Source: Dendrobates tinctorius (Eukaryota). Taken from it: DNA of 64,000 nucleotides. Of the stretch, positions 24,495-36,371 are shown piece by piece (position 1 is the stretch's first letter; every line of letters starts with the position of its first letter). The DNA lies in assembly GCF_039654945.1 (NCBI RefSeq), contig NW_027361731.1:25916001-25980000 (forward strand). The letters run 5' to 3'. The translations under genes and the position numbers were made by a program. The notes beneath the pieces were generated by a model. The model was not told the origin of the DNA. It did no database searches and saw nothing but the letters and a program-made list of their open reading frames with translations.

Positions 24495-25575
24495 TAAGTA
24501 GTCACAGTTCAGTAAGTTATTTTTTTTTTTACAGCACCGTCTGCAGCACTCGGGAGCCTGCTGCTGAGTTGGACCCTTCTGGAGCGATCCCACAGGAGAC
24601 CGCCACCGGGGACCACGTCGAGAGACCCAACCCCTCTGCACCTTCCCTCATGTCTGGTACCTAGGCCCCATCCACCAGCGCTGGAGCATCATGGCAGAAT
24701 TCGTCACATGAAGCTGCTGGTGACGAGGTAGCTTTCCCTTTACCCCACCCCTCTGACACTGCCGCCACCTCAAGAACACCTTTGGGTTCTGGACGGCAGC
24801 GCCAGAGAGGTCAGGAAAGGAGCTACGCGCCCGAGTTCTTGCATCTGAATGTAGCCTTCCAGAACTCGATAAAGCTTTTGGCCTGAGCAAATGATTGCTG
24901 GCTTCAACCTGTTGAGCAACAGCATCCTTGAACTTGGCAGTCGTCTGGATAGGATACATGCAGATGCAAGCAAATCGCGAATCATTGCTTTTTTCAGGCA
25001 GTACTCGGCCGCATGGAAAAGCTAACTCCTGACCATAAGATGCATGTAATTCAAGGCTGCCAGGTTGCCACTTCCCAAGCCCCTCCACCTACCCAGTAGT
25101 TCCTCTCACACCTAACCCCCCTCCAGCCACTGTCCCTCCTCCTCCCACTCCTTCGCCATTACAGCTTTACCCATACCTTCCTTCCCGTTACCTTCACTGT
25201 ACCCGATCTCACCAACACCTTCACCGTACCTGGTCCCACACACAACATTTGTACCTCCACTCCCTGCCCAACCTCATGTTTACACCACCCCTTCTGATCC
25301 ACACCAACCCGGTCTCCAGTCCCCCACTATCGATGTGGTCCGCCCTGTCAGCCCCTCCGGTAATATCTCCACCCCACGCAATACAAATCTGTAAATACAT
25401 TTTAGGTTTTTTAATGCAAGGTTATAACATTTTGGGTAAGGTACAAAACTTGGTGTAAAAGGTACAAAAATTGGGGTAAAGGTACAAAACAAGGTACAAA
25501 CGTTTGTTAATAGACAAAAATGATGGTATAATCACAACTACGACAACAGTAATAATTTTGGCACTCCAATATACA

Positions 25576-26100
25576 TCATATCAAAAGCCAAAGATCCCAA
25601 ACCATCTCATCCTGCCATTCTACTCTTCCTTGAGGTGACATAAAGTACTCACCAAATTTGTCCCTCATTCTGGAAACAGCCACAGCACTCCAAAAAGTCA
25701 GATTTTGATAATCACGCAAGGTGGTTTCAAACACATTGTCTTCCATGGCAACCTGTTTCTTGCATATGACAATATTGTGCAGGACCACACAAGCCATCAC
25801 CACCTCATCCACAGTCTCAGTCTTCAGTTTTATAGCGGTCAACAGAACTCGCCATTTCGACGTTAGGATGCCAAAAGCGCACTCCACCACTCTTCGGGCT
25901 CGTGTTAACCGATAATTGAAGACTCTTTTAGTTGGCGTCAAGCCACTACTTCCGTATGGCTTGAGGAGATGTTGCAAAAGTTGGAAGGCTTCATCTCCAA
26001 CACATACAAATGGCATTGGTGGCCCAGAGGTTCCAGGAAGTGGTCTTGGTGGTGAAAATTGGAATGTGTCCCCGTATAAACGACACCCCATTGCAGACAT
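25576..26100 (-). pseudogene. Harbinger DDE transposase C-terminal fragment (HARBI1-like family)
   Basis: VGDEAFQL..LLKPY, FNYRLTRARRVVECAFGILTSKWRVL, ACVVLHN; N-terminal part missing. Confidence 0.88.
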
Positions 26101-27256
26101 TTTAAAATCCTGCGCTGTCTTACTTCCTCCTTTTCCCGAACGATCACAGCCAACTGATTTGCCTCAAAAGCAAATCCGCATAGATGTTCACAATCTTCGC
26201 TATAACTCCTTCCATTTCTGACACTTGATCTACAACCTTTCAAAGATGGGGTGTTAAAACCCCCTATATATAGGTCTCCAGTAGCTTCCAATCATGTTTG
26301 GGAGCCTCCCATTTGGCGTTTTAAAAAACTTGTCGGATCCGTCCAAAAAACGGATCCATCGCATCAGTTTTTCAACATTTTTGATGGATCCGTCGATCCG
26401 TCGCAACGACGCATTTCGACTGACGCCAAAAGACTGATGTGTGAAAGAGGCCTAAGACCTTCTTCAGGCCTCCAGACTTCCTTCTATTGTCACACCTTGA
26501 TAGTATGTGGGCGGCCTGAAGGTCTGAAGGGTGAGGTCATCAGATCACTCACCCCTTCCTGTGACAATCACCTAGATCTCCTCTGTGTTCTCTGCTGAGC
26601 AGTATACAGAGAGGATCTCCTTGTAGGTGGAGCACCAGCTCAGGGGTGGGCTCACACAACACGTCTTCTGCTGCCTTGCTGTTGACTCTCAGTAGCTTCT
26701 TCATGCAGATATGTTCTTCAGCAGGCATCTGGGAATGATGGGAGTTTTTTTGACCTGTAAATCTTGCCCAAGTGTCAATTTAAGACATTTCTAAACCTTC
26801 TAGTAGGTTTTGCTAAGTATCAGATCTCAGTGATTGTGTCTCGGAGGGCTGTGTTAGCGGTACGCTCCGTCTCTGCCCTCCCGGCGCCCTTGTTCCTGCC
26901 AGAGAAGAGTCTGTAGCGTCAGCTAATGTCACAGGCGGAAGGTTTTATGGCGGATATAAAGTGATGCACTCAGGAATGTGATTAGTGCGTCATTGTGGAC
27001 TCGCTGTCTGCTCCTCTGGAGCCGGGGGAGTTATGGGCGAGTCTGCCATCTCAGAGCTTTCTCTGTAGATATTCCAAACATTTTGCAGAGCGGATGTGAA
27101 TATTTCCTGTAACTGACACAACAAGACCACGGTACAACATCTACCACCAAGCACTGTGACTCCCAAATACAAGGAAAAGTCAGGACGTGAGAAGGGGGAG
27201 GGGCAAATGTTTAAGCCCGCCCGGTTATATAGGACATGTTTTCATTCTTCCCTTAA

Positions 27257-28592
27257 TACAGACCCAGAAAAAGACCCACATTATACAGACCCCAGACCAG
27301 ACCCTCTGTATACAGTCCCCAGACCAGACCCTCTGTATACAGACCCCAGACCAGACCTCCTGTATACAGACCCCAGACCAGACCCCTGTATACAGTCCCC
27401 AGACCAGACCCCATTATACAGACCCCAGACCAGACCCCATTATACAGACCCCAGACCAGACCTCCTGTATACAGACCCCAGACCAGACCTCCTGTATACA
27501 GACCCCAGACCAGACCTCCTGTATACAGTCCCCAGACCAGACCCCATTATACAGACCCCAGACCAGACCCCATTATACAGACCCGACCAGACCCCATTAT
27601 ACAGACCCCAGACCAGACCCTCTGTATACAGACCCCAGACCAGACCTCCTGTATACAGACCCCAGACCAGACCTCCTGTATACAGTCCCCAGACCAGACC
27701 CCATTATACAGACCCCAGACCCCATTATACAGACCCCAGACCAGACCTCCTGTATACAGTCCCCAGACCAGACCTCCTGTATACAGACCCCAGACCAGAC
27801 CTCCTGTATACAGACCCCAGACCAGACCTCCTGTATACAGACCCCAGACCAGACCTCCTGTATACAGTCCCCAGACCAGACTCCATTATACAGACCCCAG
27901 ACCAGACCCCATTATACAGACCCCAGACCAGACCTCCTGTATACAGACCCCAGACCAGACCCTCTGTATACAGACCCCAGACCAGACCTCCTGTATACAG
28001 TCCCCAGACCAGACCTCCTGTATACAGTCCCCAGACCAGACCCCCTGTAAACAGACACCAGACCAGACCCCCTGTAAACAGACACAAGACCAGACCTCCT
28101 GTATACAGACCCCAGACCAGACCCCCTGCATATAGAGCCTAGACCAGACCCCCTGTATACAGACACCAGACCAGACCCTCCTGTACAGTCCCCAGACCAG
28201 ACCTCCTGTATACAGACCCCAGACCAGACCCCCTGTATACAGACACCAGACCAGACCCTCCTGTATACAGACCCCCCGACCAGACCTCCTGTATACAGAC
28301 CCCAGACTAGACCCTCCTGTATACAGACCACAGACCAGACCCCCTGTATACAGGCACCAGACCAGACCCTCCTGTATATAGACCCCTGACCAGACCTCCT
28401 GTATACAGACCCCAGACTACACCCTACTGTATACAGACACCAGAACCCCTGTATACAGACCCCAGACCAGACCCCTTGTATACAGACCCCAGACCAGACC
28501 CCCTGCATACCGACCCCAGACCCCTGTAAACAGACACCAGAGTGAACCCCCTGTGTACAGACCCCAGACCAGACCCCCTGTATACAAACCCC
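27257..28592. repeat. ~26-27-bp minisatellite (TATACAGACCCCAGACCAGACCTCCTG)
   Basis: Directly visible. Confidence 0.96.
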
Positions 28593-30384
28593 AAGTCCCG
28601 ATGTGTAAAACTGACCTCTCACCAGGTCAGAAGTGGGCAGTTTCTTGTTCTGCTGCTCCCCTGAGTATTCTGTGGGTTTTTAATCCGCCATATGGTTCCA
28701 GAGTTATGTGACTTTTTATTTGGTGCTCATTTTTAGGGACTTTACGTGGGGGTGTGGCAGCATAAAGACATGCCCTTTACCTTCGTAAAAAGCATAAAAA
28801 CTAGCATGGATTAAAAAAAAAAAAAAGAAATCAAGAAGACAAACAAAGTAAAACAAAATACTGGGGGGGGATTAAAAAAGTAAAAACTGACCACTTGTGG
28901 CCTGGTAGGAGGTCCCTTATAAAGAATGTCTGCAGCTCGATACTAGAGCTGTGAGTATAATGCTGCATATAGGTGGCTAATCACCTTACCATGTGTAGGG
29001 GGCTGTGGGGACATCATACCATGTATTGGGGATGGTGGGGCATTATAACAAGTATAGGGACATCATACTGTATGGGCAGTACACTACAATCTGGGTGTCA
29101 ATAGCGATAACTTAGCCAATTAGATGTATGTATTGTGAGGCAGTGACCCCTGTTACAGTTAGGGGTCGCTGTGTATTCTCCCCAGGATGTGCATGGAGGT
29201 GTGCGAAGTCCATAGGCGTGAATGGCAGTCACGGGCGTAGTGGTGACTGCAATGCAGACAAGAAATAATAGAAATAAGTGTAATCTTGGACATGCATGTG
29301 TCCAAGACAGATTTAGGGAAAACCTGCTCTGAGTTTTGTGTTTTGAAACAGACTTCCGTATGGTAGTGGTGCAGTCCGTTTAATTTACAGTCCGGGTTTT
29401 CTTTGTGGCCTAAGACCACAGGTTTGTTTGTAAAAACCCCTGCAGAAGAGCATTGCTTGGTGTGGAGCAGACAGCCTGCAGGGGCACGGCCTGCGTGAGA
29501 GTAACACGGAGCCCAGAAGAGCATCTACTGGCACCCACAGCGGTGCAGGACACCCACGGGAACCAGCCAGAGGTGGCTAGTGGAGTATTGTTACAGTGCA
29601 TGAATACTAATAACCTATATAAAGACTGACCTTACGACAGAATAAAGGAGTTCCGTTCTGATACTAAGAGTGTCAGTGTGGTTCTCTCTCTCTGTACATG
29701 TGCTTAGATTGTACAATCTAAGTTGGAGCAGATGCAACGTCTCAGAACGTCCCACAATACGTGGCGACGAGAGTCGCGGACGCCTCAGGCTTCTCTGCAG
29801 GACGTCTCTGTCTCTGTCACTTCCATAATTCATAAGATTTCTTCTTTTATTTGTTCTCCCCATGTTACCTGCGTTCCTCCAGGTTCTCCGGGTGGTCTTG
29901 ACTGGAGACAGTGACCGCCCGTCACCGCACATCACACACCTCGCGTCACACACCTCGCGTCACACACCTCGCGTCACACACCGTTGCAGCTGCACTCTAT
30001 ACATTACTGTTTATTATGGCGGAGGTTGCGGCACACACAGGAGACGGGATTATCACAGCGATACAATGATGGATACAGAGGAAGCGTCCGGTTACACGGA
30101 TGTGATCAGCCATGACAGTCTCACCATGTGCAGATCTCTGATTACTGTCAGTGAATGGAAACGTCCTTATTTAATGTCTCTGACAGCTGAGAGTTTGCTA
30201 CAGTGCATCAGTCCAGATGATCCTCTGCGAGCAGAACCATAGAGGACAGAGACTTGTGCTGATGATGTGTTTGACTCATGGAGGATTGTCCACATCAGAG
30301 ACCGCGACTCCTCTGGGGGCCGAAGCCACGGGCTGATATTAATTCCGCTTTATAATAAGTTTATAAACCACAATGTTCCTGGAA

Positions 30385-32810
30385 TACAGTATGCCCCCCC
30401 GCACAGTATGATGTCCTCACAGTCCCCCGCACAGTATTATGTCCTCACAGCCCCCTCACAGTATGATGTCCTCACAGTCCCCCCGCACAGTATGATGTCC
30501 TCACAGTCCCCAGCACAGTATTATGTCCTCACAGCCCCCTCACAGTATGATGTCCTCACAGTCCCCCGCACAGTATTATGTCCTCACAGCCCCCTCACAG
30601 TATGATGTCCTCACAGTCCCCCCGCACAGTATGATGTCCTCACAGTCCCCCCGCACAGTATGATGTCCTCACAGCCCCCTCACAGTATGATGTCCTCACA
30701 GTCCCCTCACAGTATGATGTCCTCACAGCCCCCCACACAGTATGATGTTCTCACAGCCCCCCACACAGTATGATGTTGTCCCAGCTCCCGCACAGTATGA
30801 TGTCCTCACAGTCCCCCCACACAGTATGATGTTGTCCCAGCTCCCGCACAGTATGATGTCCTCACAGCCCCCCACACAGTATGATGTTCTCACATCCCCC
30901 CACACAGTATGATGTCCTCACAGTCCCTCGCACAGTATTATGTCCTCACAGTCCCCCCACACAGTATGATGTTGTCCCAGCTCCCGCACAGTATGATGTC
31001 CTCACAGTCCCCCGCACAGTATGATGTTCTCCAAGCCCCCGCACAGTATGATGTCCTCACAGTCCCCTGCACAGTATGATGTCCTCACAGTCCCCCGCAC
31101 AGTATTATGTCCTCACAGTCCCCCCACACAGTATGATGTTGTCCCAGCTCCCGCACAGTATGATGTCCTCACAGTCCCCCACACAGTATGATCTCCTCAC
31201 AGCCCCCTCACAGTATGATGTCCTCACAGCCTCCCACACAGTATGATGTCCTCACAGTCCCCCCACACAGAATGATGTCCTCACAGCCCCCTCACAGTAT
31301 GATGTCCTCACAGCCCCCCCGCACAGTATTGTCCTCACAGTTCCCCACACGGTATGATGTCCTCACAGTCCCCCCACACAGTATGATGTTCTCCCAGCCC
31401 CCTCACAGTATGATGTCCTCACAGTCCCCACACAGTATGATATCCTCACAGCCCCTGCACAGTATGATGTTCTCACAGCCCCCGCACAGTATGATGTCCT
31501 CACAGCCCCCTCACAGTATGATGTCCTCACAGCCCCCCCGCACAGTATGATGTCCTCACAGTCCCCCACACAGTATGATTTCTTCACAGTCCCTCCGCAC
31601 AGAATGATGTCCTCACAGCCCCCCACACAGTATGATGTCATCACAGTCCCCCGCACACAATGATGTCCTCACAGCCCCCCTCACAGTATGATATCCTCTC
31701 AGTCCCCACACAGTATGATGTCCTCACAGCCCCTCACATATGGTATGATGTTCCCCTCAGTCCCCCAGACATTGTATAATGATCCTCACAGCCCCTCACA
31801 TATGGTATGATTGTCCTCACTGCTCCACAGATAACGTATAATGGTCCTCATAGTCCTCCACATAAGGGATGATAATCCTCACAGCCCCCAATATATGGTA
31901 TAATGGTCCTCACAGTCCCCCAGGCATTGTATAATTGTCCACATAGCCCCCATGCATGGTATAATGAGCCTTACAAGCCCACAAATAAGGTATAATGGTC
32001 CTCACAACCCCCCCCTATATGGTATAATGGTCCTTTCAGCCCCCCACATGATATAATGGTCCTCACAGCCCCTCACAAATGGTATAATGGTCCTCACAGC
32101 CTCCCACATATGGTGTGATGGTCCTCACAGCTGCCACATTTGGGATGATGGTACTCACAGCCAGGCCCGGACTGGCCCACAGGGTAACAGGGGAATCCCC
32201 CGGTGGGCCCCTGTGCACATCTGGGCCCCATCCCCACTATATGGGCAGTACTTGGCATAATTCACTTGATTCACTCTGAACAGAAAAAGCAGCATCTCAT
32301 CATTCATTAACCAAACTACCCAGTTTATTATTATGTAGAGATATACTGTAGGTAAATTTGTGAAGGTTTGTGAAGGAGGGTAGTGTAATATTCGTATGCA
32401 AGTGAAAAGTGGGCCCCTCAAAGTCAATGTTACTGGTGGGCCCTTGGCACCCCAGTCCGACACTGCTCACAGCCCCTATAAACAGTATGAGCCTCCACAT
32501 AGCCCCTCTATATACAGTATGACCCCACACACAGCCCCTATAATCAGTATGAGGCCCCAATATACAGTATGAGTCCTCACATAGCCCCTATATACAGTAT
32601 GAGCCCCCACATAGCCCCTCTATATGCAGCATGAGCCCACACAGCCCCTATTAATTTGTATGAGCCTCCACGTAGTCCCTCTATACGCAGAATAAGCCTC
32701 CACATAGCCCCTCTACATACAATATGAGCCCACACACAGCCCCTATAAACAGTATGAGCCTCCACATAGCCCCTCTATATAAAGTTTGAGACCCCACATA
32801 GCTTCTCAAA
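30385..32810. repeat. ~26-bp minisatellite (CACAGTATGATGTCCTCACAGCCCCC) grading rightwards into ~30-bp degenerate units
   Basis: Directly visible; homogeneous to ~31740, diverged beyond. Confidence 0.93.
32162..32465. mobile_element. hAT-type MITE
   Basis: Imperfect TIRs CAGGCCCGGACTGG / CCAGTCCGACACTG; 8-bp TSD CTCACAGC at 32154-32161 and 32466-32473. Confidence 0.85.
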
Positions 32811-33256
32811 TGGTATGATGCCCTGACACATTCATATGTTTGGAAAATAAAGCACGTCCCCTCGATAGCGCAGAAATTGTGATGCCGGGTGGAGGAGGGC
32901 GGACGAAGGATGCGACCCATGGGCCACAGTGTTCAGTCCTTCAGCTGTCTCGGTCTATGGGCCGGACAGGAACAGCCAGAGGGCCGGATGTGCCCCACGG
33001 GCCGCATTTTGCCAAGGTCTGGTCATGAACACTCATGGCAGGAAATAGATGTGTTCAGTGCAGGTTGTCTAGGCTGATGCACTGTAACAAAACTTTGCTG
33101 TGGCTATTCACTGGGATATCTGCTGAAATCTGTGACAACCCCCGGGGGAAAGAAATGGCTGCAATATTGGTTATGAGGTGAACCCTAATTGTCCAGCACT
33201 CCCCAATAGCTCTGCCCTGATATATGGCAGGGCCACATGGAAACCTCTTACGCCCT

Positions 33257-35116
33257 CTACAAGCGACCACCACCTACTGGCCAGGCAGCGACATGAGGTC
33301 CACTGTTCTTCAGCATCATCCACGCCCCACCATGCGAATCCAACCAGAGTCTGAAGATGGCGTGAAGTGGTTTGGTGAAGGTGGCGTGGAAGGAGAACAG
33401 GTGTCGGATGGGGTCACTCAGCTCGTAGAAGGACAGGTGACCCGCCTCATAGTCTAGGTACACCCCAAAGCGCTGACAGGTAAACTTATCCGGCAGCTGG
33501 ACCTCCTTGCAGGCATGCATCACCGAGTACTGGTTGTTCCATTTGCACAAGCCCCACGATTTGTTGTTGCAGCCGATGTAGGAGCGGAAACCTTTCCTGG
33601 AGATACTGGGATACGACATTCCCAGTCTCCAGTTTCCCCACTTACTTGTTTCCACCATCCAGAAGTGACGTCCCGTGGAGAAGCTAGAGCTGCTTAACAC
33701 TTGGTGGTCTTTGAACCTCTGTGGGGTCTTTGGTTTTGGTTCATGTGTTTCTACCCAATAGAAGGATTTCATATCTGGGAGGACCCGAATATTATTCCCA
33801 GCCGTGTCCTCATCCAGAAAGATGTCCGACTCTTCATTCATGAAGAGACCATTATGGGCAATGGTGACCAACTCAGCAAAACCAGTGTGCAAAATCTCTG
33901 AGACCGGAGATTGATCTGGACTGTGAGCAGCTCTAGAATAGTCCTGTTGGTGGTTACCACCATCAATGTTTTTTTGTTTCAGTCCATTGAGGCCTGGGGT
34001 TGGATCGGATGTGATACGCAGCTCTTCGATCGTGGGCATCTGCTTGAATAAGTCAACATTCTTCACTAACAGGTCCTTGAGGACTGAAATAGGATCAGAT
34101 TTGGTACTCAGTTCCTCGTTGGTGGTCATCTTCATGGACACCTCTTCCTTCTTAATTTCTAATCCATTGAGGTCTGTGATAGGATCAGATGTGGTATTTA
34201 GTTCCTCAATGGTGGTCATCTTCATGGACAACTCTTCCTTCTTAATTTCTAATCCATTTAGGACTGTGATAGGATCAGATGTGGCACAAAGCTCTTTGAT
34301 AATGGCCATCTTTTTGGACAACACATCCTTCTTTGCTTCCAGTTCTTGGATCTCCTCCTGACATGGTGCTGAAGCTTTCTCTGCTTGCTTGGAGATCTCT
34401 CTCAGGACTTTCTTCTCTAAAACTTCCATGTGTTTCCTCATGTCCTTAAAGACCACATTAACCTTCACGCTAAGACCCTCAGCTTCCAGTTGAAGCAGTT
34501 GACCATGTTCCTTCAGATCTTGGATTCTGTCTTCAGCTTCTGATCTTGATTGCAACAGTTTCTCCAAGATATTGTCCAGCTCATCGTTCATGGGAGTCTC
34601 ATCGACTGACTCCAACTGGTGTCTTCTGTGTTCGGCCATGCAATAAAGGCAGAAATAAGCGGCATCTTCCGCGCAGGAACTTTCCAGCATCTTCTTATGG
34701 ATGGAGCATCTTTTGACGTCCATATTAAGGGTTGGGTTGGACACGTCGTGTTCTGCAGACTTGGTGTGGACTTTTAGATGGTCTTGACGTAGAGAAGCTT
34801 CACACAGCAGGCAGGATTTGATGTCGGGTACCGGAGAATGAATACAGTAAGTGCAGATGTTGACAGGTGCCTCCTCACCAGGCTGAGCAGACGGGGAGCA
34901 AAGGATGACATCGCACAAGGTCTGGTCCCTTCTCGGAGAGGAATTGGGTTGCGTCTTGCAGTCAGGACACTTAAAATCTCCGGCCTCCCCATGCATTTCC
35001 AGGTGACGAGCAATGCATCCCCGACAGAAGCTGTGCCCACATCTCAGCGATGAAGCTTCTTTACAAATGTTCAGGCACATTGAGCACGTCATGTCCCTCA
35101 GATTGTCAGTCGCCAT
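33257..35116 (-). CDS. Intronless TRIM E3 ligase (RING, B-box, coiled coil, PRY/SPRY), 619 aa, with a 4x30-aa internal repeat
   Basis: RING CSMC..CGHSFCRGC..CPDC; PRY FLDEDTAGNN; SPRY GRHFWMVE, GVYLDYEAGHLSFY; open ORF. Confidence 0.9.
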   Translation of the reverse strand: MATDNLRDMTCSMCLNICKEASSLRCGHSFCRGCIARHLEMHGEAGDFKCPDCKTQPNSSPRRDQTLCDVILCSPSAQPGEEAPVNICTYCIHSPVPDIKSCLLCEASLRQDHLKVHTKSAEHDVSNPTLNMDVKRCSIHKKMLESSCAEDAAYFCLYCMAEHRRHQLESVDETPMNDELDNILEKLLQSRSEAEDRIQDLKEHGQLLQLEAEGLSVKVNVVFKDMRKHMEVLEKKVLREISKQAEKASAPCQEEIQELEAKKDVLSKKMAIIKELCATSDPITVLNGLEIKKEELSMKMTTIEELNTTSDPITDLNGLEIKKEEVSMKMTTNEELSTKSDPISVLKDLLVKNVDLFKQMPTIEELRITSDPTPGLNGLKQKNIDGGNHQQDYSRAAHSPDQSPVSEILHTGFAELVTIAHNGLFMNEESDIFLDEDTAGNNIRVLPDMKSFYWVETHEPKPKTPQRFKDHQVLSSSSFSTGRHFWMVETSKWGNWRLGMSYPSISRKGFRSYIGCNNKSWGLCKWNNQYSVMHACKEVQLPDKFTCQRFGVYLDYEAGHLSFYELSDPIRHLFSFHATFTKPLHAIFRLWLDSHGGAWMMLKNSGPHVAAWPVGGGRL

Positions 35117-35639
35117 CGCCGATCACAGGAGGCCAGAAGAAGGTGTAGTGACAGGCGGTGGAGGTGTCCTCAGGCTTACACTCTTGGCAATAGTCTATGG
35201 TGTTTACTTTGCAGCTGAGGCAGGGAAGATTTGCAGATCTCATGCAGGGAGGTCCCTCATCCACATCACCATCACATGGTCCAGGAGCCACTGTAATAGC
35301 AGAACTGGAGACAGGAAGGGATGAGGGAAGCCATTATTGTGTGGTGACGCAGGAGGGCGAGAGCACACACCATCTGTCCATTAACTCCATCCTGCCCACT
35401 CCGAGCAGAAATTAAAGGGGCTTGAACAATCTTTTAGAATGTTAAAAAAAAAAAACTAAAGAAGTCGTCTCCGACCTAATGGACCATGGGCCTCTCGGGT
35501 TTTGGCACATCTCATCTGTATTTCCTACTCCTGTGATTTCACCCTGATTCGTACATGTGTAAACTGAAAAATGTTCTCTCTCCTCTTGTAGCTGGAGTAC
35601 CCCGTTAATGAAATACTATATGGTCACTAAATGGCATCT

Positions 35640-35963
35640 GTCAAGAGTGCAAACCTGAGGACCCATCCACCGCCCGTCATTACACCTTCTGCGGACCTTC
35701 TGTGATCGGTGGTGGACCTTCTGTGATCGGTGGTGGCGTCAGACAATCTGAGGGACGAGCTGACCTCCTCGCTCTGCCACGACATTTCTATGGATGCTTC
35801 ATCCCGGAGGTGTGCGAACAGCTTCTGCCGGAGTTTACAAGTGTCCTAACTGCAAGGCGCCATCCAGGTCCTCTCCGAGAAGAAACCAGACCTTGGGCGA
35901 AGACATCCAAAGTGTCTCATCTGCCCAGCCTGGTGAGGCGGCGCCTGTCACTGTCTACACTTA
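35640..35963 (+). pseudogene. Inverted, degenerate 5' fragment of a TRIM paralogous to the 33257-35116 gene
   Basis: VASDNLRDELTSSLCHD..RCANSFCR / YKCPNCK..SSPRRNQTL..SAQPGEAAPV matches MATDNLRD..SSPRRDQTL..SAQPGEEAPV; the upstream leader also matches the reverse complement of 35117-35190. Confidence 0.85.
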
Positions 35964-36300
35964 GGGTACGTGCACACATTGCGGATTTTTACGCTCGGAA
36001 CCTGCATCTCTTGGATGTCTCCACGGTCAGTAAACGCTGTGGATTGGACGCTGCATACAGCCGCAACGTCCAGATGTTACAGCATAGTGGAGGGGATTTT
36101 ATGAAACCACATGTCCACTCTGCGTGCTCCGACCCCCGCGGCTTCCCTGCGGAGACGGACATGAGGCGCGTCTTTCTGGACCGCAGCACGTCTATTTATC
36201 CTGCAGAAACACTCACCTTCCTATATAGAGGATGCGGTGACTCCACACGGTTCAATGACACATCCGGAATCACCGCGGAGCTCACAAACGCCGGCAGCGG
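35964..36300. mobile_element. Harbinger-type MITE fragment truncating the inverted TRIM piece
   Basis: Begins TTA|GGGTACGTGCACAC exactly where TRIM homology stops; no matching right TIR found; right coordinate approximate. Confidence 0.5.
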
Positions 36301-36371
36301 ACTGACCGAGGAGACATAATACACCAGCACAATGATAAAGAGGAGCAGCGAGCACCGTATAATCATCACAC

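Larger units (their letters stand above)
21633..26452. mobile_element. PIF/Harbinger DNA transposon, decayed two-gene copy
   Basis: TIRs GGCCTCTT(G/T)CACACATCAGT..TTGGCGTCAGTCGAAAT at both ends; TAA TSD (21630-21632, 26453-26455); convergent MADF-like and DDE transposase remnants. Confidence 0.9.

Noticed and set aside
27156-28622. Pro/Asp/Thr-rich ORFs on both strands
   Set aside because: Translation of the 27-bp minisatellite.
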